Part shown: in pieces, positions 1-12,418 of the stretch
Layout: every line of letters begins with the position of its first letter
How positions within the stretch are numbered: the stretch's first letter is position 1
Assembly (NCBI RefSeq): GCF_036321535.1
Contig: NC_087436.1
Coordinates: forward strand, 70,000,001-70,060,000
DNA length: 60,000 nucleotides
Origin: Camelus dromedarius
Taxonomy: Eukaryota
Direction of reading: 5' to 3'
Made by a program: the position numbers and the translations under genes
The notes under the pieces: model-generated
What the model was told of the DNA's origin: nothing
What the model saw: only the letters and a program-made list of their open reading frames with translations
The model's database searches: none

Positions 1-225
1 TAGAGGCCAACTACCTAACTACCCTACAAGTCTAACTGCCTAATGCAAACTGACAAATACAGATGGCCTAATCACTTTAACCAACCTCCCCATGCCCAGT
101 GTGCTCTAATACTTTCCACTAGCTCAACCCAGGGCTTAAAAACCTTCCCGCCTTTTGTTTAGTTGAATCTTGAATAAAGTCTTCCCTGCCTATTTAACTT
201 TGTTCTGCACAATCTTTCTTTGACA
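1..225 (+). mobile_element. 3' part of an ERV-type LTR (truncated by window edge)
   Basis: TATA-like CTTAAAAA ~135, AATAAA 173-178, LTR-type terminus ...aatctttctttgaCA at 225. Confidence 0.55.
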
Positions 226-980
226 GTGGTTGGGAAGTTTATAACTTTCTTAGAGAAAGTTACTGCTCTCTCTGCTGACTGTTCTGATTGTGCTGACTTC
301 CTCCTGTAAGAAAAATAATGCTCAGTCTATACAATGCCTGTGTTCAGTCTTTCTGTCAACCCATACCCCATGACATTTGTTGGTATTATTTTTAGGAAAA
401 CGTAATGCAGTAAAGTCAACATACAGGGAATGTCCAGTACATTTAAATCAATCTGTATATCCTATATCACACATGTAAAAGAGGTATGAATATTACCTTA
501 AAAAACTTAAAATGTGGTTCATTAAAAAATATGAAACTTTCAAGCTTTCAAAGCAAAGAGCAATTTTTGAAATCTTTGAATCTTAGTTGAAAATCCCCAA
601 ACCAAGAATCATAAAATACATTTGACCTATCTTTGTATTTTTTCAGTAAGGTGTCTGGCTTGGGCTTTTAGGTCAAATCTTTCCACTACTAGGATTGAAA
701 ACAATACAGTAAATGTCTAATCAAAGAATTACAGAAATTTTAATTTGGAGTCAGAAACTATTATAGAATATTGGTAATAAAAAAAAAAGGACCAAACTAT
801 ATATTTAAAATCTATTGATCTTCAGTATCCTCTGTATTTATAATAAATAGGCTGAACAATATTATTTTCATTTCACTTTTTTAAGAGAATTTTACTTCTG
901 ACCCTTGTCAAGAAGGGAACAGGTGTTCATGGCTTTAGAAAAACTGTTCACCCTAAATCTTACAGCATGGCCTTAACAAC

Positions 981-997
981 TGCACCCTCTGGTGGCA
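981..997 (-). promoter_or_regulatory. Candidate CTCF site
   Basis: Reverse complement TGCCACCAGAGGGTGCA closely matches the CTCF core CCACCAG(A/G)GGGCGC. Confidence 0.5.
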
Positions 998-2399
998 GCC
1001 TTCCCAAAGTGCAGGATCTGGTGTTGGTGTTTGGTTTATTTAGTTCTCTTGGTTTGCTTATTTGCTCACTCACTTTGTCAATTAATTTATTTTTTTTGTC
1101 TGAGGGGTGACTAGGTCTCTTTAAAAGGTACAATCTAAAAAAAATCTAAAACTCTGGAGTTTAGAAACAGCACACTGTATCACATTTTAAGTAGCTGTGA
1201 TGTAGGATGTAATTTGATCTCATTCTTTAACTTGCTAACTATATTACTAATACACAGTAGGACATACAAAGACTATAGAAGAGTGTGGGTATGTTAAAAG
1301 AGTGTAGATATCATCAGCAAGAGATTCAGCAAAATAAACAAGCATTATACAGACTTGGTTTCTGAAGAGCAACTACCTTAGAAGCAAGGTTCTCTTCTCC
1401 AAAGTGAAAGCAGTAGGTAGCAAATCCCTGTCTTCCAAGACAAACAGATCAACCCAGGAACTACCTGGGGGTAAACAGTGCTGTACTTTAACCAGGGATT
1501 ATGCTGAACAAGGAACAGTAAGAAGCATCCTCACGTAGTTTCCCTGAACAAACGTTGCAATTTTGTCAGATAATTTCCAAAATGGTCCTCAAAGAACACT
1601 TGGATATTTCACCATTTTTCTTCATGTTTTCTCCACTTTATGCCCACTTTATATTGGGCATATATTAGGAACAGCACTCATTAATGAGCTATTAACTATT
1701 TCTCCACTGAATAACAAATGTAGAAGGGGAAAGACGTTACTTTTAAAGCAGGCTGCAGTTTGAGTCTTGGAGCAGTATTCCTTTTAAAGATTAGAGATGC
1801 TCCTTCTTTAACTACTTTTTGAATATACAAAGATAGAATTGAGGGCTACAATAGTGGGATGTAAGCAAAGAGAGGACAAAATAGCTCTGATTTGTCAGAA
1901 ACATCAGAAAATTCTACCAGTGGCCTGAAAGAGATAGAGGGGTAGAAACCCAGAGTTGGGTCATCTAAACTGCTCCCAATAACCCTTCTAATCTGTACAT
2001 GTTCTCTAGTGAATATCTGAGTCCCAAGCAATACGGGAATCCCCAGGAATACTGACACCCAGGATATCACACATGTTCAGAGCACACACATTTGCAATCA
2101 AGAAGAGAACCAGCGCTGATGGTGGTTGGAGAAAAAGAAGACCTTCACCTTTTATGAAGAAATGACCTATTATTGCTTAAAGCCAGAAGCAAAAGGACTC
2201 AATGAACACATCCTTCCCACGGATGCCAATTTGCTAGTTTTAGCCAGTTTTAGCCTTGGCTCTCAGACTCCAAAGCAAAAATAAATATTAAGTATCTACT
2301 ACCCAGCATAATGCTAGATATTCATAGCCATACAAATGTTCAACTACAGAAGGCAAAGACGAAAATGCCTATTTAAAATGAAGATTTAAAGATTAGCAA

Positions 2400-2505
2400 T
2401 ATCCTTCAGTTTCCATAAGGATATCCAGCCAGTAAATAACAAAGACAGGATTCTAATGCAAATCTGTCTGATTCTAACATGCCAGTGCTCTTTCCACTGT
2501 ACCAA
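2400..2505 (-). mobile_element. MIR SINE fragment
   Basis: caggattctaatgcaaatctgtctgattctaac...tctttccactgtacca is the MIR 5' end in reverse. Confidence 0.55.
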
Positions 2506-2511
2506 ACTACC

Positions 2512-4560
2512 TCATTCATTCATTTAATAAATATTTATCAAGTGCTTATTATGTGCCAGGCATCAGAAGAGCAGTGGGAAAGACAAGGTGACTGGAAGTG
2601 GTGGTCAGTACTGTGAAGGAAGTAAGCAGGGTGATGTGATGAAAAGTGCTGGAGATCACTCCCTTGGGCACCAGAGTGTTCCAGAAAAGGCCTTTCTGAA
2701 AAGAAGACATTTAAGCCAAGTCCTAAAGCTTGAAAAGGACCCAGCCAGGCAAACATCCAGGGGCCAAGGATTTCAGGGAGATGGAAAGACAAAGGCTCCC
2801 ACGTTTGAGAACAGAAGTGCTTCCAAAGTGGCAAGGACACATGAACTACAGGAAGGCTGGTACAGATGAGGTTAACAGAAACCAGATTATTTTTAAGTTT
2901 TTTTTTTTAATAAAACAAAAAATTTAAGAAGACTTTGTAGACAATAATAATGAGTTTGTATTTCACTCAAAATTCAATGAAACGCCTGTAAGGATGTTCA
3001 ACATGGCAAAATATTATCTGAACAGCATTTTATACAATGACTGGGTGGAAAATGAACTGTAGGGTAATCAGAGCAGAAGCAGGGGATAAGTGAAAAAGCA
3101 CAGGTAATGATACCTGGGACCAGGAGGCAGGAGTAGGAATCAAGAGATGAGTTTGGAGGTTACCGCAGCAATTTATGTTAGTGATCATGGTGCCTTACAC
3201 TAGATCTTATGGCTCTCAGCTGGGTACACTGTTGCTCCCACCAAGAGACATTCAGCTGGAGACCTTTTTTTGTCACAACTGGAGGGATGATACTGACACC
3301 TAGTGGGTAGAAGCCAGGGATGCTGCTAGACATCCTACAATGCACAGGACTGTCTCTCTGAAAAAAAGAAATATCTAGTCCATAATGTCAATGGTACCAA
3401 GGTTGGAAAACCCAGAACTAGATGAAACTGGGTGGCAGGGACAGAACTGGAGAAAATTTGAAAGGGTTGGCTTACATTTTAGAAGTAGTACTGACAGGAC
3501 ATGCCAAAGAGGGTTAAATAAAGTATAAACCCTAGGTGTCTGACCTGGATAGGCGATGGTGCCATTCACCAAAATAGTGAAGACTTGAGGAAAAATGAGA
3601 CTGGGAGGAAAATGGAATTCAATTGAGTATTCAGTTTAAATCACATTCTGTTCAAGATAACTATTATCCAGATAGAGATGTACTTCAGTGTATATAGAGA
3701 TTTGAACTCAAAGGAAAAATTGGGACAAAAATATAAATTTGAGAGTTACCAGCATTCGAATTATATTTAATGACATGGAATTGTATGAGATCACATAGGA
3801 GAGAGGTGGGAGAAGAGATGAAAGGAAAGGGAAGGGAGTGAAAGAGAAAGCAAGGGAAGGAAGATTAGGACCACACCCTGAGGCACTCTAACTTTTCTGA
3901 AGACCATATAAAAACTAGAAGGAACAATCAGGGAGATGATAACAGAAAACCCAGGAGAGTGGTATCATGGATGCTCAGGGAGGAGAGGAAAGTATTCAAG
4001 AAAGAGGCAGTGGTTAATGATACAAATGCCACCAAAAGACTGAATAAAATGAAGGCCAAATAGTGTCCCTTAGCTCTGGCAACTTGGAGGTTATTAGTGA
4101 CCTTAAGCAAGAGCAGTTTCAATGCAGTGGTGGGAATGGAAGCCGTTGTGAAATGAACAAATGGAAAATGAAGAAACAGAGAGAGAAATGCAAATAATTC
4201 TTATTTTTGGAATTGGAGTCAAAAAATTAGGCAGCTACTGTATGGATATGTAGTCAAGAGAGTCTTGTTTAGTTTTTTGTTTCTTAATGTGGAGCAATGT
4301 TGGTATGCTGACAGAAAGGAAAAGAGATGGGAAGATAAGTGAAAAAGTGAAGTCCTTAAGAAAGTAAAGGGATGGGATCCAGAAAGAAAGTAGAGGAGTT
4401 GTCCATTAGTAGTAGTAAGGATACTTCTTCCATTGTAACAAGAAAGAGATGAGTCCAGGTTCAGGTATGTTGAGACAATAGGAGCGTTCCCATATAATGG
4501 CTTTCATTCTATCCATGTTGTTTCATTAAAGAAGAAGTAATCAGTTGGAAGGAGGGGGAG
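2512..4560 (-). mobile_element. L2 LINE fragments (interrupted by MER20)
   Basis: Reverse L2 3' end tcattcattcatttaataaatatttatcaagtgcttattatgtgccagg, then purine-rich L2 body (ttggaggttattagtgacctt..., gatggtgccattcacc). Confidence 0.7.
3210..3415. mobile_element. MER20-like hAT-Charlie DNA transposon
   Basis: ttgtcacaactgg...ctagtgggtagaagccagggatgctgctagacatcctacaatgcacaggac...aatgtcaatggtaccaaggttggaaaaccc. Confidence 0.75.
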
Positions 4561-4827
4561 GAGAAAGAAATCTGAAGGGCAATCCTAAGTGAGGATTTCT
4601 AGCTAGTTCTATACCTGCCCTGAAGTTATGACTGCCCTCGGCACCATGGCTAAGTGTCCCCAATAATAACGGCATCTCACTGGGAGCAAAACAATCTGAA
4701 CCACACCACTGTAACCAAGACGCTGGGAGTTACTGGAAATGATCACACAGCAAAACAACTGGAATTACTAGAAATGCTTGCCCTAGACCATTAGTCTCTA
4801 ATCAGCACGCTCACTCACACTCCAAGG

Positions 4828-5547
4828 TGTTGTTGAACCCAACTTCATGTACTCAATGCACAGTGAGTCTGAACAAACCGAAACATCTGAATTTGGAGCA
4901 GAGAAAGATTTACTAGTCCAGGAAGCGCCAACTCGGAAGATGGGAGATGTAGGCTTGTCTCAAACCCATCTTGCTGGCTGGCTGGGACACAAGATTTTAA
5001 AGACAAAGTGGTAAAGGGAAGGGGGGTCTTTGTGACTTCAGCTTCCTGATAAGACCTCTGTTGCAGACTTCCTGGCACCTTCTTGTGACTTGATGTGTCA
5101 TTGGTGATTGTGACTGATCTATATTCCTGCAAAGAAAACTAGTAACTCGTGGTCTTTTGATCTCTTTTCTTTCTAGGAGAGACTAAAAGCAGTGGTTGAG
5201 GCATCTTACTACTTACTTAGAGTTTCATGATGGTTCAGGAGTTTCAGTTCTTAATTCACCCTCCTGGTGTCATCAATTTTAAATCCGCTTGGGGTCAGCT
5301 GGTTGAAGCCACAGGACATTACCTCAACAGTTTGGGGTCATAAGGCATTAATTCAAGCCAACAATCATGGAAAAGATTATGTTGGGCTTGCTTTTCCTTT
5401 GTTTTTGTGTTCCCCTACTTCCCTAGTTAGTAACTGTTTGAATCAGGCCTTTGGAATTCAGGGAAGGTCTAGGAGGCTTTTTTCTATAAACAAGAACGTA
5501 AAGGCTTTTCATATACAGAAGGGCCCACAGGGTCCTATTCAGTTTCA
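4828..5547 (-). mobile_element. Solo ERV LTR (~720 bp)
   Basis: TG...CA termini; reverse strand starts TGAAACTGAATAGGACCCTGTGGG; flanks caagg / aaagg resemble a target-site duplication. Confidence 0.7.
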
Positions 5548-5589
5548 AAAGGATTATGTTATATATTCCCCAGCCTAAAATCTCAGTTT

Positions 5590-6320
5590 CTGTCCCTTCT
5601 CCCTCAACTCTTGGTAAGTGAGCTTGCCTAATATTTCACAGAGCAAACAGAAGTTGTCAAGTTGATTTCCTTCAATTTATTGCCACCATATGTACAAATC
5701 TTCCTGCATCTGTTCCCATCTTCTTTGCCTTTATTTCTGTTACGATGACCCAATTAAAGACCAATTCCTCCATTTGTGCTCTAGACACAAAAACATTCTG
5801 CCTTTCCAGGGCCTTTATTCCTTTATTTCTTCACCAATTCACAGCTGCAGTCTTCAAAAGGCTGAGGTGTCTACAGACATCGTATCATTCACTCACCTCT
5901 CAACATGCTCTAATTCAACTTTCACCCCATGACTCCAGTTTCTCAGTTCACCAATGATTTACTTGGTGCTAATTTAAATGGACTTATTTCAGTCATTATT
6001 GTACTCTAAGCAAGTCTCCACACTTTGATCACTTTGTCATTCTTGAAAACCTCTCTTAATTTGCCTTCTGTAAAACCACGCTCTCCAAGTTTTCCTCCTA
6101 CGGTGCCGCTTCTTCTCAGTCTCTTGTACTGGCTTCTCCACTTCCATCCATATACTTCAAGGTGTTGGCTATTGGCATGACTGAATCTTAGGCTTTGTCT
6201 ATTCTCAGTTCACATCAGAGATAGCAAACTGACAATCTTCCAGCTCAATCCCCACTGTCTAGTGCAGTGTCGGCAAAATAGTAAATACCTAATAGGTGTT
6301 TGTTTGAATAGTTAATTAAT
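5590..6320 (+). mobile_element. L2 LINE fragment
   Basis: Pyrimidine-rich L2 body ending in tctagtgcagtgtcggcaaaatagtaaatacctaataggtgtttgtttgaat. Confidence 0.6.
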
Positions 6321-6765
6321 TATAAGACTAGAATTCAATTGGGCTTAGGGTAAGGGGATGAGGACACAGTGTGGGACTAGCCACTAAAGCAAGCCCCAAG
6401 ATGAGAAATTCCTCCCCACCTCACATCAACAGTTTCTCACACCAGTTAACATAAGCTACCTACACTGGATAACTGATCAAGAAGCCAACAATTAAAAAAC
6501 AAAAGCCAACAATTGACACTTAAGCACCTCCTTGACATCTGATGATTTTAAAACACAATTAGGAAGTTGTTCCGAGTACTTAGCCTGGGGTCTACAATCA
6601 AGAAAGTCATACAACTAAAGTACATAGCCAAATGAAAGCTAGCTTAGAACTGTGAGTAAAATGAGAGTCAAATAAAAACACTATCATCAGTTTACCCACT
6701 TGTTTTTCTTCTAAGATTCAGTGACAGTTTTGTATGTTTATCCTTCTCTCCTGTCAATATCAAAG

Positions 6766-8240
6766 GAAAAGTAGAACCAAGCAGAGAGCTCGGTCTGATT
6801 CACCAGCTTTCAGACCAACTTCATCTCAATAAAACTCTGATCAAATTCAACTTCTTCCAAAACCAGCTGATGAGCAAAAAATAGTCCCAAACCTAAACTC
6901 ATCTGTAAATAGTCAGTCAGTCAAGACTTGGCTCTATACAAATTCACTGGAGACCAACTAATTAACAAAGAAGTACACCATCCAAAATCCATCCCATATA
7001 GCTTTTCATTCAAGATCTAGTTCTACACAAATTCATCTGAAATCAACTTGTCAGAAAATATCTTCCTTGTCCAAAGCTCATCCAAATGTAGCTGTTTAGC
7101 CAGGACCTGGCTCTACACAAACTCATCGAAGACAAGGTGATTTGCAAAGAATTTTCTTATCCCAAGAAGCTATTCAGCAGGGAGTTACCTCAAACAAATT
7201 CATCTAAAACAAGCCAATATTCATCCAGAAACATCTGCCACAGAACAAACTCTGCAAAAACTAACATCAGAAAAACATTTCCCAGTCTAAAGCTGGTCCA
7301 AAAACAGCTGTTCAGCTAAGACCTGGATATATACAAAGCCATTCAAGAATAACTAATAAGAAAGAGCCAACCCATCTAAAATGTATCCAAAAGTAGTTGT
7401 TTCATCAGGTGTTGCTTTTCCATATAATCATCCAAGACCAGCTATTTGGCAAAGAATTGTCCTACCAAAGCTCTTCTTAAAATAGCTATTCAGTCGGTAG
7501 CTTGCTTTCCAAAAACTCATATGAAACCTTGCAGTTAATCAAAATCCAGCTATTAAAATATTTTCCAAAATCTGCTATTCATTAAAAAAAACTTTAAAGT
7601 CTCAATTTTGCCCAAAATCACCTCAAAAAATATCTGATCACACCAAACTTCATCCAAATCCACAAATCAACAAAAGACCAGGACAACTCAATCTAATCAA
7701 AATGACATCTTTTCCCCCTGTGCTCCTCTGTCCAAACCCCCATCCAGATCTAACAGTTTAATTTTCAAGCTCTCAACCTCAAACACAAAGCACTGCTATA
7801 ACTTTCACTTTCCCTACTACCACGACTTCTAAAGCACTTCTACCACCACCACCACATCTACAACTCAGGTCTAACTATAATCACCACACTAACATCTGCT
7901 GTACCATAAAACAACCACTCCATCCTACAATAGCCTAGAAGCTGGCACCTAGAACTACTCTGAAACAAAAGTAACTCCCTATGATGGTAACTAATCTCAA
8001 ACTGACTTTGCATCTAACTTCTGAAACACAGAATCTTCTGCGGCAACACAGAATCATATACTGACCTTCCATTTGACTTTGAAAATACATATTTTACCGA
8101 TTACTCCTACAAAACTCAAAGTAACTACCCACCTGGCAGTATTGTATCAACTCTGAAACTACATAAACTCCCAACACTATTCCAGAACCTTATCTAAACC
8201 ATCACACCACCAATCCAAGCACTGAAATCATGAATTAATC
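6766..8240 (+). pseudogene. Putative decayed large exon of a mucin/SCPP-like secreted protein (15-aa repeat followed by PTS-rich tract)
   Basis: Pyrimidine tract at ~6735-6755; 45/90-bp degenerate repeat reads K-x-H-P-K-x-A-V-Q-x-x-P-G; Thr/Ser/Pro codon tract ~7790-8230; many stops and frameshifts; strong A/C skew. Confidence 0.45.
6845..7530 (+). repeat. Degenerate tandem repeat, ~45-bp monomer / ~89-90-bp dimer
   Basis: caagacttggctctatacaaattca 6922, caagatctagttctacacaaattca 7011, caggacctggctctacacaaactca 7101, taagacctggatatatacaaagcca 7317; further unit starts at 7289, 7378, 7467. Confidence 0.75.
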
Positions 8241-10549
8241 CCTTTTACTCTAGTACCACATCTCTTATCCTTCCCCTCAGCATCCTCATTTATGACTATT
8301 TGCAGGACATTCTTTCTCTTTTGAAAAGTCATCCGCAACAAAGCCTATTTTTTTAATCCATATGCATGTACTTTTAATGCTGAGTTGAAATTATGTAGAA
8401 ATTTTTCTATTTAAACTGAGTACACGTTGAATTGAGCTCAACTCTGTTGAATGAGGGAATTTGAAAATACATCCAATATTTCTAATGACATTACACACTG
8501 AACTTTATCACCTATGACCAACGGCCAAGCTACTCTACCAAAAAGTCTGAACATATTTTCCCAATCTGAAAAAAAAACTTCGAGATTAATAATAAACATA
8601 TATGGTTTCTTTCTATTTAGTAGAATTTCAGTTCTTAGTTCAGTGCCTCTGCTTCTGGCATTCATCAAACCACTCCATAGAAAAGTGGTTCTATTGCAGG
8701 TTTTGAAGCATATGCCCTAATTTCCTTGGGCCAGTACACACACACTGGTCAATAATTTTAAAGAATTCTGTAAATTTACAAAGTCAAGGAAGTGATAACT
8801 CAATTCAACTTGTATCTATTGCTCTACCACATGCAAGATACTTTGCTGGGTTCTACAGAGAATATAAAATGAGCAAGACACAAGATTTACCTTGAAGCCT
8901 AATATCTCAAAATAGAAACACAAATAATAGCATCGGCCAAAGTAGAATAAAGTAAATAAGAAATTCATGAATTCAAATATGGTTTCTGAGAAGGAAAAGG
9001 AAGGCTGACTTCAAATTAGGGGAAGAAAGACTTAATGAAGGTTGTAGCATAAAAAAAAATCTTTAAGGATGGGTAGAGCTTCTGGGCTACTGTAGGATGA
9101 CCAAAAATGAAAGGGGGGAATCTAGGCAGAGGGAATACCATGAATAAATGCAACAAATGCAAAGAAACAAGCTGAAAATACATGAAGGCTCTTTTCTGAC
9201 CTCTAGCACATACTTCCATTTCACCTACACATTATACAGTGATTGGACACTGGCTGTATTTCTCACAAGAACACAAGCAGGGATTCTGTCTTATTCACTT
9301 TTGTAACCTAGCAGCTAGTACAATACCTGGCCAAGCATAATTTAGGTTTAAATTTAATAGATGTCGTTGGAATTACTATGCATCGTGGAATGCTGATTGC
9401 AGTTTCAAATTATTAACGTACTTAACTTAATCAAGCTATCACAACAATTGATAGCAATTGTGTGTCTCGAATCCTTTTAAGGCTGTGATTAAATTATCAA
9501 GTGGTAGGACAGAAAGGTCTCCACTCTACCTTATCCTTTGATTACCAAAAAGGTCCTCTTAGACTGGAATTCACAAAGAGTGCCTTGGGTCTGAGTAATT
9601 CCAATCTCCCCACATCCATTGGGTATGATGGAATTGGGAAGAGGGTATATTACTTGGCTTGAGAAGTCCTAGAAAGTTCAGGGATAACACAAATAACTAG
9701 AGGTTTCTACCAAGACTACTCCAAACCAGAGACTTTTAACCTGGGTATTCACAGTTGGGCTCTCAGGAGATCCATGATACATATTTTGTTCATGGTCATA
9801 TGTGCATTTTTTCTCAGGAGATAGTTATAGATTCAATCAAATTCTCAAAAGGGTTCATAAACAAAATTAATTTAAAAATAAAGCCAATAATAAATATAAA
9901 GAAATGCCTAGATCTACAGAGCCAAGAGATGTAAACTGCAGTTCATAAAGTACTTTAAAGAATCCTGATATCCTGAGTCATTTCAGAAAAAATGAATTAC
10001 CTCACTATTTTTGCTGATGTCTCTCAGTTTTAAGAATATTTAGGAATTTTCCCCTTTTATAGTACATATTTCTTGACATCCAACTCTATAATTATATTAT
10101 TGTAAGTTATCTGCTTTCAAACTTAAAATTTCTTGTCTAAGAAATTACTCAGCCTTCTTAATTTCCCTTGTTTATTTTGGCCAAATTCTACTGACTGCTC
10201 AGTTTCCAAGCTAGGGCGTGTTCCATTCCAGCTTGGGGTTGGAGACATGTCTGCAACAGGCATTCGATGCTCTCAGTTCCCTGAATCACCTGATGTCCAG
10301 ACAGTCACACTGTGATTCAATTAGAATAAGCTATTCATTAGCACCATACTCTAGACTGGCAATAGAAACCAAGTCTCCTCACCTAAGCCCAGGATTATCA
10401 GTGGCATAAAATTCAACTCTGCCTCCTCCAAAAAGAAAAAACAATTTTAAGGAAGCCCCTTCCCCTACACATTCATTGAAAAGAATGTCCAGGGGAAAGT
10501 GGACTCCGTGGTGTCATGGGCTCTCTCCCACATAATGAGTCTTGACTAT

Positions 10550-10720
10550 TTAATGTTCCCCCACAAAATGTAAGCTCCTTAAGGGCAGAGATTTGTGCCC
10601 CTTCCATTCACTGTTTTATTCCCAAGGACTGAAATAATGTTAGCAGAAGACAGAGTGAACATACGCTGAATGATGGGTTGGAAAAATGAACTGACTGAAT
10701 AAAAGAATGAATGAATGCAA
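10550..10720 (+). mobile_element. L2 3' end
   Basis: aatgtaagctccttaagggcagagattt...gaatgaatgaatg. Confidence 0.6.
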
Positions 10721-11809
10721 CTATGAACGTCTGTGAGAAAATAAAGTCACTTCCCTTCCACATTCTTCAGCCCTTATGTTTCATTGTGCCTCTTAGTATC
10801 ACTCCCTTTACCATGCCATTGTCTGTCCCATCAATCACATAATTCTCCAAATCCACTTTAAAGCCCCATCTCTTCTCTGAAGTCTTCCCTCAACTTGACC
10901 TTGCTCCAACTCCCTGTAGTATATAATACCTCTACCATTTATTCATCAACATGCAGTGACCATCTGGTGCTCTGCAAAGTTATTAACATAGACGACCCTA
11001 AAGAAATATAAGACAAGGCCCCAGGAACTCGCCATCTAGTTCAAGAGAAACATATAATCAGGAAATAATGAAGAAGCTGTGTGAGATAATATCTGATTGC
11101 AAGCCAAAATAAGTAACAGAAACAAACCAACAAACAAAAATACTACTGGTGACTAAAATCAGGTATCTCTCCAGCCTTCTCATTCACTGCTGTCCTCACC
11201 TCATTTTGTTCCAGTGTGAGGGAACAATAACATCACTCCTTCACGTATAAACACTGTCTGCGTGGAGGCTCTCCTTGCATTCTTAATGAATGCTTTTTAT
11301 TCTTCAAAACCCATCTCCAAGATCACCTCCTCTATTAAACCCTCTCTGCCCTTCTGCCCCCAACAAAATTAATCATGTTCTCCTTCATACCTGTGTATAC
11401 TCCTAGCACTTACTAAGTGTATCCTGGTTAACCTTTGTGTTTCCCCCGTTCTTATCAGACAGTAACAAAAGTTGATTGTGTAATGAATTGAATAATTACA
11501 GAAAAGCTTTTGGGAACAATTCATTGTCTCAGACAGACATTCTGTACTCCAAAACTAGCCAAATCTAAGAGGGCCTTCTATGTGAAATCCTGGCCTGACA
11601 CAGATTTATCTTCGATTTGGACTGAGAATTTGTTGAACAGACCCCACCTCCCTCCGTATACATGTCATTAAAGAAATGACATCTCTCAAAAACTCCAGGG
11701 GAAGCCTGGGGCCCTGAAAACCTATGGTAAGTATTTCATTGTTCTTTTCGTGAAAGAAACCTCAACGGACCCTTGCATTTTGCTTAGATTACAGTAGTGT
11801 TTTCCTCAT

Positions 11810-12300
11810 TTAAAATAAAATGCACCATTCAACATTTCTGGAAGGCAATTTGGCCATACTTAGTGAAATTTAAAACAGACATATCCTTTAGTATAGTACT
11901 TCTAGGAATAATACCTAAAGAAATGCTCTCACATGTGTAACAAAATTGTATAAGGCTATTCATTGCACTACTTATAATTACAAAATAAAATGGAAATGGA
12001 TTAAATATCCATCAAAAGCAAATGCAATGTAATACAATGTAGCCATTAAATAAATGAGATAAATCTATATTTACTGATACATAAGGATGCCCATTATTTG
12101 TTAAGTAAGCAAAGTAAACTGCAGAGCAATATACACAATAGGCCTTATTTTTAACATACTTCTGTTGTTTGATTTATATGTTCATACATACATGATAAAA
12201 CAGGTACATCTGGGAAATCATTGGGAAAGTAGATGGAGGTGAAGAAGGGTTATAATTTTTTATTGTCTGCACTTTTTTAAAATTACACAAGACATGTCTT
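11810..12300 (+). mobile_element. Old L1M 3' fragment just upstream of the AMTN promoter
   Basis: tttctggaaggcaatttggc...acttctaggaatataacctaaagaaat...aaatatccatcaa. Confidence 0.55.
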
Positions 12301-12418
12301 CTTGAAATACCCTCTATTCAAATGATAGACATTGGGTAATACAATGTCTGTAGCTAATAACTCACCTAATGAAGTGTTGGGAAATGAAAGAAACCAAATG
12401 ATTTCAGACACCGAAGTC

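Noticed and set aside
7137..7319. 60-aa ORF inside the 45/90-bp repeat
   Set aside because: GTG start and mostly out of register with the recurring K-x-H-P frame; not evidence of a live gene
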